Source: an uncultured Hyphomicrobiales bacterium (GTDB lineage Bacteria > Pseudomonadota > Alphaproteobacteria > Rhizobiales > Beijerinckiaceae). From it: a DNA stretch of 64,000 nucleotides. The notes below the pieces were generated by a model. It was not told the origin of the DNA. It ran no database searches and saw nothing but the letters and a program-made list of their open reading frames with translations. The stretch is from positions 699 to 64,698 of the forward strand of contig CAIZGQ010000073.1 in NCBI GenBank assembly GCA_903932565.1. Reading direction: 5' to 3'. The translations under genes were made by a program, and so were the position numbers. How positions within the stretch are numbered: the first letter of the stretch is position 1; every line of letters starts with the position of its first letter. Below are positions 35,008-43,541 of this stretch, in pieces.

Positions 35008-35555
35008 GCTACTACAGCGAATTATGCCTAGCCATGAACCTGCTTGCTGACGATGAGCGCACGGTGTTCATCGGTCAGGGCGTGGGGAACGCTGGCACCA
35101 CGATGTCCGGCACGTTTGAGGATATCCCTGATCACAAGAAGATTGAATTCCCGGTGGCAGAGGATTTGCAGATGGGGGTGTGTACCGGGATGTCGCTGAC
35201 CGGGGTGATTCCAATTTGCGTATTCCCCCGTTGGAACTTCATGCTGTGTGCTGCGAACCAGCTTGTTAATCATTTGGACAGATTGAGCCTGTTCTCCGAC
35301 TATCGGCCCAAGGTCATCATTCGGGTGGCTACCCCGAGCGTGGCACCATTCTATCCGGGCCCGCAGCACGACGATGACTTCTCAAGGGCGTTCAGATCGA
35401 TGCTTCGGACAACGGACATTGTCTCGCTGGTCGAGGAGGAAGACATCGTGGCCCAGTACGACAAGGCGCTTCATTCGCCACGGTCGACCATACTTGTTGA
35501 GTACACGGACGCTTATGCGGGAGACATCGCTAAGGCAAAGGGTGAGGACAAATGA
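35004..35555 (+). CDS. TPP-dependent enzyme, E1 beta-like (pyrimidine-binding) small subunit
   Basis: 'FPVAEDLQMGVCTGMSLTGVIPICVFPRWNFMLCAANQLVN'. 183 aa with no C-terminal transketolase domain. Confidence 0.65.
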   Translation: MSYYSELCLAMNLLADDERTVFIGQGVGNAGTTMSGTFEDIPDHKKIEFPVAEDLQMGVCTGMSLTGVIPICVFPRWNFMLCAANQLVNHLDRLSLFSDYRPKVIIRVATPSVAPFYPGPQHDDDFSRAFRSMLRTTDIVSLVEEEDIVAQYDKALHSPRSTILVEYTDAYAGDIAKAKGEDK

Positions 35556-35764
35556 AAACCGTGCAAGACGAGGTTTACGAAGCGCTACGGGTTGACGTCG
35601 GACAAACGCCTGCCCAAATTGCAAGGCAGGTTGAGTATGGGTCGCTGATCAGTGTTCGTCATGCCTTGCGGGAATTAGCCAAAGAAAAGCGCTGTTGGCA
35701 CGAAGGCGAAGATATGTTCCGGATCTACTACAAGGTGGAAATGTCAGATGACAATCTTGCGTAA
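35552..35764 (+). CDS. small winged-helix-like protein
   Basis: 70 aa, 'QTPAQIARQVEYGSLISVRHALRELAKE'. Confidence 0.45.
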   Translation: MKTVQDEVYEALRVDVGQTPAQIARQVEYGSLISVRHALRELAKEKRCWHEGEDMFRIYYKVEMSDDNLA

Positions 35765-35948
35765 GAACACGGTCCTCGTTCAGTTTGCGGACAACATCCC
35801 GAGTGCGGCTCAATCATCTGCAATGATGGAACTGGAGAAGATCCTGCGGCGCATGACCGGCATGGAGATCGAGGTCTTCAAGGAAGTGATGGGCGACGAC
35901 AGTAAATTGCGCGTTCAGATGACGCCAGAGGAGCGAAACAAACTATGA
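35748..35948 (+). CDS. hypothetical 66-aa protein upstream of the radical SAM gene
   Basis: Coupled ORF with no recognisable family. Confidence 0.45.
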   Translation: MTILRKNTVLVQFADNIPSAAQSSAMMELEKILRRMTGMEIEVFKEVMGDDSKLRVQMTPEERNKL

Positions 35949-37093
35949 CCAGCTCAGTTCCTGAACTGATCAACCACATTGTGACCGGTTCAGCGGTCCA
36001 TGATCTGCAGCTAGACGGTAGCAAGGTTGGATGGTGGCGTGATCGTGTTGAGGCGTGGGACCGTGGAGAGCGCATTGCACCGGTCACCATGGACGTAGCT
36101 TGGACGAGGAAATGCAACGCTGCATGCTCGTTCTGTTACGCCCAGATGCAAGCGAGCGATGGTGGCGAGATCACCGAGCGTCACGCAATGGAGTTCTTGG
36201 AAGATGCTGCAGCAATCGGGGTCAAGGGCGTCAGTCTCATATCTGACGGTGAATCTACCGTCGTCCCATTTTACGAGCGATCCATACAGTACGCAGCCTC
36301 GCTTGGTCTGCAGATTGGTATCGGCACAAACGGTGTGCGACTCAAGCGTAAGGTGCTGGAGGCCATACTGCCCCACCTGTCGTACCTCCGTTTTAATTTC
36401 AGTGCAGGAGATCTAGATCGATACAAGCAGATCATGGGGCTGAAGGAGAGGGACTATTGGCAAGTCATTCAGAACGTCAAGGATGCGATGGAGATCAAGC
36501 GCAGGGACAATCTAGATGTGACGATCAACATGCAGATGGTCACGATGCCGGATTTCCACGACCAGATAATGCCACTGGCACATTTAGCCAAGGAAATCAG
36601 ACCGGACTATCTGATCTACAAGCATTGCGCGGACAACGCCGATGGGACTCTTGGGATCGATTACCGACAGTACGACGCCCTTTTTGATACGTTCCGGCAA
36701 GCAGAAGCCATGGGCGACGATGAGTTTCGCGTCGTTGTGAAGTGGTCCCGCCTCGAGGACGAAGGCAAGCGCCACTATAGCCGCTGTTTCGGGCCTCCGT
36801 TCATCACTCAGATGTCAGGCAATGGATTGATTGCGCCGTGTGGGTTCTTGTTCAACGAGAAGTACAAGGCGTTTCACATCGGCAACATCACCAAGACCCG
36901 CTTTCGCGAGATTTTTGCCTCCGATCGCTATTGGGAGGTGATGAACTATCTGGCGAGCGAGTTCTTCAATCCGCAGAAGCGTTGTGGGCCAAATTGCCTG
37001 CAGACCAACACCAATGATTGGCTATTCAAGTACAAGACCGGTCAGGTTGATTTCCCAACATCCCCAGCACCTCCGCACATGGGCTTCCTGTGA
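35945..37093 (+). CDS. radical SAM enzyme with a twitch/partial-SPASM-like C-terminal domain
   Basis: 'CNAACSFC' (Cx3Cx2C). The C-terminus is 'RCFGPP...NGLIAPCG...IGNI...FREIF...RCGPNC'. Confidence 0.85.
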   Translation: MTSSVPELINHIVTGSAVHDLQLDGSKVGWWRDRVEAWDRGERIAPVTMDVAWTRKCNAACSFCYAQMQASDGGEITERHAMEFLEDAAAIGVKGVSLISDGESTVVPFYERSIQYAASLGLQIGIGTNGVRLKRKVLEAILPHLSYLRFNFSAGDLDRYKQIMGLKERDYWQVIQNVKDAMEIKRRDNLDVTINMQMVTMPDFHDQIMPLAHLAKEIRPDYLIYKHCADNADGTLGIDYRQYDALFDTFRQAEAMGDDEFRVVVKWSRLEDEGKRHYSRCFGPPFITQMSGNGLIAPCGFLFNEKYKAFHIGNITKTRFREIFASDRYWEVMNYLASEFFNPQKRCGPNCLQTNTNDWLFKYKTGQVDFPTSPAPPHMGFL

Positions 37094-37186
37094 AGTGGAA
37101 GGTTCCATACGAGCGCTACAGCATGGGTGACTGGCCCAACAAGCCTGCAGTAGATAATGCGTACCAACAACTGAGAGAGATCCTAA

Positions 37187-37861
37187 ATGGCACTTACGCA
37201 AAACAGCACGAAGTTCTGGCACCCAGATCAGAAGATGATCGACTGGCTGACAGAGAAGAAGATCCCGGCAGACGCCAAGGTTCTTGAGATCGGACCCGGT
37301 ACTGTCCCATTCAAGCGGGCAAATGCCTACGTTGATTTCGTCGACATTCCCGACCTCGAGAATTTCACCAAGGCAGATGGCACGGGCAAGCTGCCGTATG
37401 GCGACAAGGAATTCGACTTCATCTACTGTCGGCATGTGCTGGAGGATTCGTGGAATCCATTCACGCTTTGCGAAGAGATGTCTCGGGTTGGCAAGGCTGG
37501 CTACATCGAAACGCCATCCCCGATCGCTGAATTGTGCCGTGGCATCGATGGTTCATCCCCGCCGTTCCGTGGCTACCACCATCACCGTTGGATCGTGTGG
37601 ACCGCGAACAAAGAACTACGGTTCGTCACCAAGTATCCGCTGATCGAGTATCTTCGGTTCAAGGAAGACGAGATCGACGAGTGGCTGAAGCAACAGCGCT
37701 ATTGGAACACACATTACCTGTGGGAAGATCGCGTCAACTATGTCCATCGACAGAGCCCGATGGATTTCAATATCCCCACTGACTTTGCCTTGATGCTCGC
37801 AGATGCTATGCAGGCGTCGAAGACATATACTGATGATCTATACTTTCCGATAAACGCATGA
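37187..37861 (+). CDS. class I SAM-dependent methyltransferase
   Basis: Motif I 'VLEIGPGT' and an acidic 'VDFVD' post-I. Confidence 0.75.
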   Translation: MALTQNSTKFWHPDQKMIDWLTEKKIPADAKVLEIGPGTVPFKRANAYVDFVDIPDLENFTKADGTGKLPYGDKEFDFIYCRHVLEDSWNPFTLCEEMSRVGKAGYIETPSPIAELCRGIDGSSPPFRGYHHHRWIVWTANKELRFVTKYPLIEYLRFKEDEIDEWLKQQRYWNTHYLWEDRVNYVHRQSPMDFNIPTDFALMLADAMQASKTYTDDLYFPINA

Positions 37862-38198
37862 ACCAACGCGAAGCAAAACTGAGCCATGAGACGCTCATTC
37901 GTCTTCTGGATTACGATCCGGAGACGGGCGTCTTTATCGCGTCAAGACCGACAACAGAATTTCCAATCTACGAGAGGCAACTCACTTACAGAATGTGTGC
38001 AATGTCAAAATAAGACGACATAACACGACTGGTTTTAAGGGCGTTACCTATCATAAATTGGCGAACAAATTCATGGCTCAAATCAGAGCCAATAGAAAAT
38101 ACATCTATCTTGGGCTCTTCAACACCCCGGAAGAGGCTCACGCAGCATATGTTGCAGCATCACAACTTCACCACGGGGAATATGGGGTAACCTACTAA
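37858..38198 (+). pseudogene. decayed HNH-AP2 homing endonuclease (internal deletion plus frame change)
   Basis: The N-terminal 'LLDYDPETGVFI' is in one frame. 'KTDNRISNLREATHLQN' plus the AP2 'TGFKGVTYHK...YLGLFNTPEEAHAAY' are in another. The HNH core is missing. Confidence 0.6.
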
Positions 38199-38965
38199 TG
38201 GCAAAGAACATTTTTATTTTCGTCCCAGCCTTCGGCCAGATCATTTCTGCCACGACGTTTCTAACCACGCATGGTCTTCGTCAGTTGCTGGCATCGAAGG
38301 GTGTTGGTGGCGGCATTTCCACGCTGTCGTTCCCTGACATTGCAGAGTTGCGATCGATGGCGACCACGGTCTGGTACGATACGATGCCGGATGCTTCCCA
38401 TCTGCTGTTCATTGATGCGGACATGGGTTTCCCGCCTGAGTTGGTGACGGATATGCTGATGTTTGATGAGCCGCTGGTTGGAACCGTTTACCCACAGCGC
38501 AAGTTGCCACTGTCTTGGGCCGGATCTGGCACAGGTACGGCTACTACGGAACGCCGTGGTGACTTTATGCTGGTCGAGGGCGTTGGTATGGGCTGTACGT
38601 TGATTGCCCGTGAAGTCATCACGAAGATGATCGACAAGTTCCCAGAGCTCATAGACACCCGCCTTCAGTTACATCCTGCGGGTGAGACTATGCGGCAGAT
38701 GGGAACGAATCGGCTCTTGAGGTTCTATGAAAAGATGGATCTTCCGGAGCGTGGTCTGATCTCTGAAGATCTTTCCTTCTGCATCCGCTGGCAGCAGTGC
38801 GGTGGCAAGACATGGGCGGCGATCGGTCACAAGATGAGCCATGTTGGTCCGTTCGATTATTCCGGGCGCTATCTGGATGTGATCGAGGCGCAGGCTAACG
38901 CGCCTGCAATGGAGGCTGTTACACCGATGGATGATGCTGCTATTTCGGCACTTCCAGCGGCATAA
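38198..38965 (+). CDS. glycosyltransferase (GT2-like, DxD)
   Basis: 'IFIFVPAFGQ', 'LLFIDADMGF' and 'SEDLSFCIRW'. Confidence 0.7.
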   Translation: MAKNIFIFVPAFGQIISATTFLTTHGLRQLLASKGVGGGISTLSFPDIAELRSMATTVWYDTMPDASHLLFIDADMGFPPELVTDMLMFDEPLVGTVYPQRKLPLSWAGSGTGTATTERRGDFMLVEGVGMGCTLIAREVITKMIDKFPELIDTRLQLHPAGETMRQMGTNRLLRFYEKMDLPERGLISEDLSFCIRWQQCGGKTWAAIGHKMSHVGPFDYSGRYLDVIEAQANAPAMEAVTPMDDAAISALPAA

Positions 38966-39280
38966 GATCCGGCGGTACCTCCCCCTGCTTCAAGTGTCGC
39001 GGACAGGGAACACACGTCTCTGATGAAGTGCCTGCCGCCGACGGTCGCAAGGCCGTAAGGATGGGTGAATCGGAGAAATGCGGCGTGGTCTGCGCGTGAC
39101 TTGACAATTCGGTGAAGTTCGCGCAGATTGCCGTACCTGATGTTCCCTCCACGCGCTGTGGAGGTAGAGCGGACAGAGACGGGCGTAGTCGCAGTCTCAG
39201 TCATTTGTCACCGCAAGCTGCGGGACTAAGGTTTCCAATCCGGCAAGCGGCTGGACGAGCCCAATCTCGGTGAGCTTGTC

Positions 39281-39865
39281 ATGGCTAATACGCAGGCCCA
39301 ATTTGGGTTTCAGCATTTCGGATATCTTCAGGGCGGTGCGCCTGACTACCAGCAGAGCAAGGGACTGATCCAGTCGACCTTCTCGACCAAGATTTACTTT
39401 GGTGACCCCGTCATCAAGTCTGCGGCCTCCCAATACATGACCCTGATGACCTCCACCACGACAGCGGTGTGGGGTATTTTTGTGGGCTGTACCTATACGC
39501 CGACTGGCAGTGCTCCCGTCTGGTCGCCTTGGTGGCCCGGTGCTGCGGCTGCGGACGCCACTGGCTATGTCATCGATGCTCCGAATGCTCTGTTCAAGGT
39601 TGCGGCTCTTCTGACCGCAGTTCCGGCGACGGCGATCGGGCAAAACATTGGTTTCTCTACCGGCGCAGGCGGCACCACCGTCGGCGGCGGGTTCTCGACG
39701 TACACTGTCGATCAGTCGACGCTAACAACCAGCAATGGTTTTCCATTCCAAGTCTATTCGATGTATCCGGGCGTGGGTAACGGGTCCGACACGACGACCA
39801 ACTACAATTGGGTCATCGTATCGTTCGCGAACCAGCGCTTCCGGACGTTGACTGGCGTGGCATAA
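39281..39865 (+). CDS. virion structural protein directly upstream of the capsid gene (possible decoration/cement)
   Basis: 194-aa ORF. The call rests on position only. Confidence 0.5.
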   Translation: MANTQAQFGFQHFGYLQGGAPDYQQSKGLIQSTFSTKIYFGDPVIKSAASQYMTLMTSTTTAVWGIFVGCTYTPTGSAPVWSPWWPGAAAADATGYVIDAPNALFKVAALLTAVPATAIGQNIGFSTGAGGTTVGGGFSTYTVDQSTLTTSNGFPFQVYSMYPGVGNGSDTTTNYNWVIVSFANQRFRTLTGVA

Positions 39866-39880
39866 TAGGGAGCATGACCA

Positions 39881-40795
39881 ATGCCTATTTCTCTCGCTAG
39901 TATACGTTCTGAACTGCTCCCCGGTCTGTTCGATGTTCGGGGTTCGTATGACATGATCCCGCGTCAGTGGGACAAGGTCTTCAAAACCCACAAATCGGCA
40001 ATGGCCGTTGAGCGTTCGACGCAGATGGCGTTCGTTGCGCTGCCGTTCCTTAAGGATGAAGGTGCGGCTACGCAGTTCGACAATCAGTCTGGCGAGCGAT
40101 TCACTTGGGCATTCGTGCATATCGAGGTGGCGTTGGGCTACGCGATTACACGCAAAGCCATCGATGACAATCTGTACAAGGCTCAGTTCAACCCCACCAA
40201 CCTGAAACTCCAAGAGGCGTTCGCGCAGTTCAAGGAAATTCAGGCCGCGAACATCTTCAATCTGGGCACGACCTACAACAGTGCGCAGGTTGGTGACGGT
40301 GTGGCGTTCTTCTCGACGTCGCATCCGTATGATGGCGGTACTTGGGCCAACACCTCGACGGTTCCGAAGTCACTCAACGAGTCGACGCTGCTTGCGGACA
40401 TGACCAACGTCCGTGCCCAGTTTGTCAACGAGCGTGGCCTCCGCATTCTGGCTCGAGCCCGTCGCCTGATCGTTCCGCCGAATCTTGAAGCGGTTGCGAT
40501 CCGCCTGACCAAGACTGAGCTTCGTCCCGGCACTGCGGACAACGACGTCAACGCGATCCTATCTCTCTCAGGTGGTCTGCCGGAAGGCTTCATCGTGCTG
40601 GACTTCCTGACGTCGAACTTCGCTTGGTTCCTGACGACCAACATCGAAGGCCTGATCCATATGCTTCGTATTCCTTACGAAAGCGATATGTGGGTCGACA
40701 ACATCACCGACAACCTGTTGGTGAAGGCCTACGAGCGTTATTCGTTCGGCATCAACGATCCTCGCGCCGCTTGGGGCGAGTTCCCGACTGCGTAA
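39881..40795 (+). CDS. major capsid protein (HK97-fold type)
   Basis: 304 aa. Sequence character and position are typical of Mu gpT-like capsid proteins. Confidence 0.7.
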   Translation: MPISLASIRSELLPGLFDVRGSYDMIPRQWDKVFKTHKSAMAVERSTQMAFVALPFLKDEGAATQFDNQSGERFTWAFVHIEVALGYAITRKAIDDNLYKAQFNPTNLKLQEAFAQFKEIQAANIFNLGTTYNSAQVGDGVAFFSTSHPYDGGTWANTSTVPKSLNESTLLADMTNVRAQFVNERGLRILARARRLIVPPNLEAVAIRLTKTELRPGTADNDVNAILSLSGGLPEGFIVLDFLTSNFAWFLTTNIEGLIHMLRIPYESDMWVDNITDNLLVKAYERYSFGINDPRAAWGEFPTA

Positions 40796-40821
40796 TTCAG
40801 CGATGACAAGGAGACGAGCTC

Positions 40822-42078
40822 ATGGCTGAAACACTGCTTCGCGGCCCCGGTATTAGCATCGGGTCATTGATGGACGGGCGCGTCGAGCCATTCGACGGCC
40901 CCTCCATTAGCTATCAAGGCGATATGGTCCCTGACCCGCGTCAGTCCCCAGCGAACAAGGATGGGTTGAGCCCCGGTGTGGTCAAGGGGTTCTTCAATAA
41001 CCCGTACTTTGTGCTGATTGACGTTGTCCCACAGGCCAACAGTACGACTACGATTGCTGCATCTCAGGTTCCGTCGACTACTGCTGGCGTTGCTTTGGCT
41101 CTGACTACCGCGGTTCTCGGCACTGCGGCTGGCGTTCAGGTCTGGACACCCGGCATCACCATCTACAACGCCAGCACTGGCGGTACGGCCTCTGTCGGAG
41201 CGATCGACTTCGGTTTCACCACCGGTACTACTGCGGCCAACTCCACGACGGTTGTTGTTGTAGATAACTCGCAGTTTACGATTGGCCAGTGGATCGTCAT
41301 TGGTGGCGCTGGATCTGGCTCTGCCACCAACGTGCAATTGTTCACTCAGGTACAGAGCAAATCGACCAACACCACGGTAATCACGGTTTCCCCTGCTGCC
41401 GCGACGGCATTGAACAATGCTCCGATCGGTCAGGGTAATCTGTATAATACGTTACTGCCGCCAGCTACGCAGTTCGGGCCTGCTGCAGCGTCTGCCAATG
41501 CGTCAGAACCTTACAGGCTGGCTGGTTTCGGTCTTACCTTCGATTCCTTGCAGGGCTCTTGCCGCGCCTTGAGTGTTGCGGCGGCATCGGTTGGTTCGGG
41601 AACCACGACGCTGCTGGCCTCTGGTTATGATATCTACGGCTACCCGATGACGGAATCTATCACTGCGAACGGCACTACCGTGGTCAACGGCAAGAAGGCA
41701 TTCAAGTACGTTGCCAGCGTTGTGACTGCTGGTACGGCGGCAACTTCCGGTGCGCCAGCCGCGGTATCTGTTGGTATTTCCGACGTGTTCGGCGTAAATA
41801 TTCGCTCCGACAAGTGGGAATATCTGAACATCTTCTGGAATGGTGGCTTTGCCATCAACAACACCGGCTGGACCAAGGCGCTTTCGACAACTTCTAGCTC
41901 CACGACCGTTGACGTTCGTGGTACACAGAACGTGTCGACGGCATTGACCGGTACTGGTGTCGCGGCACCGACTGATGGTGTTCGTCGTTTGACGATCATG
42001 ATGTCGGTTCCGGTTCAGAACATGATCAACGCCACTCCGCTCAACAGTTCCACCCTCTTCGGCACGACACAGGCATAA
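40822..42078 (+). CDS. Thr/Ser/Ala-rich virion structural protein
   Basis: 418-aa ORF following the capsid gene. Confidence 0.6.
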   Translation: MAETLLRGPGISIGSLMDGRVEPFDGPSISYQGDMVPDPRQSPANKDGLSPGVVKGFFNNPYFVLIDVVPQANSTTTIAASQVPSTTAGVALALTTAVLGTAAGVQVWTPGITIYNASTGGTASVGAIDFGFTTGTTAANSTTVVVVDNSQFTIGQWIVIGGAGSGSATNVQLFTQVQSKSTNTTVITVSPAAATALNNAPIGQGNLYNTLLPPATQFGPAAASANASEPYRLAGFGLTFDSLQGSCRALSVAAASVGSGTTTLLASGYDIYGYPMTESITANGTTVVNGKKAFKYVASVVTAGTAATSGAPAAVSVGISDVFGVNIRSDKWEYLNIFWNGGFAINNTGWTKALSTTSSSTTVDVRGTQNVSTALTGTGVAAPTDGVRRLTIMMSVPVQNMINATPLNSSTLFGTTQA

Positions 42079-42089
42079 GGAGCCTAGAT

Positions 42090-42416
42090 ATGGCTAATCG
42101 ACACAATGTTCAGCGTAAGAAGGGCGGTCGCATTGGCATCGTTGCCGCTGGCAATAAGGATGTCATTGAAGAAGCCAAGGACGACAAGGACGGTGCCGAG
42201 ACTGGCTATGAGCGCAAGCGCGGTGGCAAGGTCAAGAAGGGCAAGAAGCATGAGGTCGAGGGCAAGGAAGCTAAGAAGCGCTTCGATCGTCCCGGTCGCA
42301 AGAGCGGTGGTGCCGTTGGTGCCAATCGTTCACCGCTCTCTACCGCTCATAGCGGTGGCCATGGTGTTGACGGATCTAGCGATCCGAAAGATACCTACGG
42401 CGGTACGCCTTCCTGA
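42090..42416 (+). CDS. small basic Lys/Gly-rich virion protein
   Basis: 108 aa with three basic-GG motifs. Confidence 0.55.
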   Translation: MANRHNVQRKKGGRIGIVAAGNKDVIEEAKDDKDGAETGYERKRGGKVKKGKKHEVEGKEAKKRFDRPGRKSGGAVGANRSPLSTAHSGGHGVDGSSDPKDTYGGTPS

Positions 42417-42664
42417 TGTCTCGTCTTACGGCATCTAGTCGTAAGAAAATACCGACGAAGAACTTCGGCGGTCCCGATAGAAGCTACCCGATTGAGGATG
42501 CTTCACACGCAAGGAATGCGCTGGCTCGAGTTTCTCAATTCGGAACGCCAGCGCTGAAGGCCAAAGTAAGGGCAAAGGTCAAGGCGAAGTATCCCGGCAT
42601 TGCCATGAAGATGTACGGTGGCGAGGTAGCCCACAGAGCGGATAGGCCTCGTCGCAAGAAATAA
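42416..42664 (+). CDS. small basic protein
   Basis: 'SYPIEDASHARNALARVSQFG' is a pattern I associate, from memory only, with a phage DUF. Confidence 0.55.
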   Translation: MSRLTASSRKKIPTKNFGGPDRSYPIEDASHARNALARVSQFGTPALKAKVRAKVKAKYPGIAMKMYGGEVAHRADRPRRKK

Positions 42665-42679
42665 CGAGGACCGATCCAG

Positions 42680-43060
42680 ATGGGTATGCCAACCTTACTC
42701 ACAGCCAACGGAACTGGCACTAGTGCCGTCATCTGGTTTCCTGACTGGATGCAAACCCCGTTTAATATTGGCATTCAGTGTGTCGTGGCTGGAACGGCCA
42801 CGTTCAATGTCGAGCATACGTTGGACAACATCGACGTCACGCAGATAGGTCCGTTCAGCGGGAATGCCAATGCCACGACCGCAGCTAATGCTACATGGGT
42901 AGCCAATCCCGGCATCACGCTGGCCACAACCACCATCAATGGAAACTACGCCTTTCCGGTGCGGGCACTGAGAATTAACATTCTCTCTGCGTCGGGCCCC
43001 GGCGGCGTTGGAACGGGAAGTGTTTCGGCTCAATTCATCCAAGCAACATTTGGGCGGTGA
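42680..43060 (+). CDS. hypothetical virion protein
   Basis: 126-aa ORF in the structural array. Confidence 0.5.
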   Translation: MGMPTLLTANGTGTSAVIWFPDWMQTPFNIGIQCVVAGTATFNVEHTLDNIDVTQIGPFSGNANATTAANATWVANPGITLATTTINGNYAFPVRALRINILSASGPGGVGTGSVSAQFIQATFGR

Positions 43061-43063
43061 TGT

Positions 43064-43528
43064 ATGACTGGGGTCGTCGTAAGCGGGGCTGCATTGGCCC
43101 TATTGACGACCAGCGACATCAAGGTCAATGGTGTCGCATATACTGGGTTCCCGCTGGTTTATGGCAACGGCCTTATTGTCGGTGGGCTCATTCTTAACCT
43201 GTCTGCGGCTACGATCGCATCGACGGCGGCGACGTCAACCCTCATCGGCAATTTCTCTGTAAGCAACGGCACTGGAACGTACACCTATACGTTCACCAGC
43301 AATCCGAGCTCGCTGTTTGCTATCAACGGCACTGCGCTTAGCAACGCCATATCCCCGCTCACCGCAGGCTCTGATCCCATCACCGTTAAGGCTGACAATG
43401 GGGCCGGTTCTGTGGTAATCTCTCCATTCCTGATAACTGTAATAGCTTCTGCTGGCGGGTTCAGTCCGTCGCTGGACTTCTCTAACGCTACCGACAGTAT
43501 GTATGCTGGAACCGTCATCCACTTCTAA
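43064..43528 (+). CDS. hypothetical virion protein with an Ig-like repeat character
   Basis: 'YTYTFTSNPSSLFAINGTALSN...ITVKADNGAGS'. Confidence 0.5.
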   Translation: MTGVVVSGAALALLTTSDIKVNGVAYTGFPLVYGNGLIVGGLILNLSAATIASTAATSTLIGNFSVSNGTGTYTYTFTSNPSSLFAINGTALSNAISPLTAGSDPITVKADNGAGSVVISPFLITVIASAGGFSPSLDFSNATDSMYAGTVIHF

Positions 43529-43541
43529 GTGAGATTAGATC

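Noticed and set aside
37090-37287. 65-aa GTG-initiated ORF that might be a frameshifted N-terminus of the methyltransferase.
   Set aside because: The methyltransferase ATG at 37187 leaves a normal ~30-aa spacing before motif I (VLEIGPG) and has a plausible RBS. No recognisable domain is lost, so there is no need to invoke a third frameshift.
38869-39204. 111-aa minus-strand ORF filling the 315-nt gap between the second glycosyltransferase and ORF 39281.
   Set aside because: It is the only ORF in the gap. It overlaps the glycosyltransferase 3' end by ~100 nt, has no clear RBS and has a low-complexity C-terminal half. I left it unannotated. The gap may instead hold the late capsid promoter.
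39722-40324. 200-aa minus-strand ORF spanning the decoration/capsid junction.
   Set aside because: It overlaps two well-supported structural genes and has an Arg-rich shadow composition.
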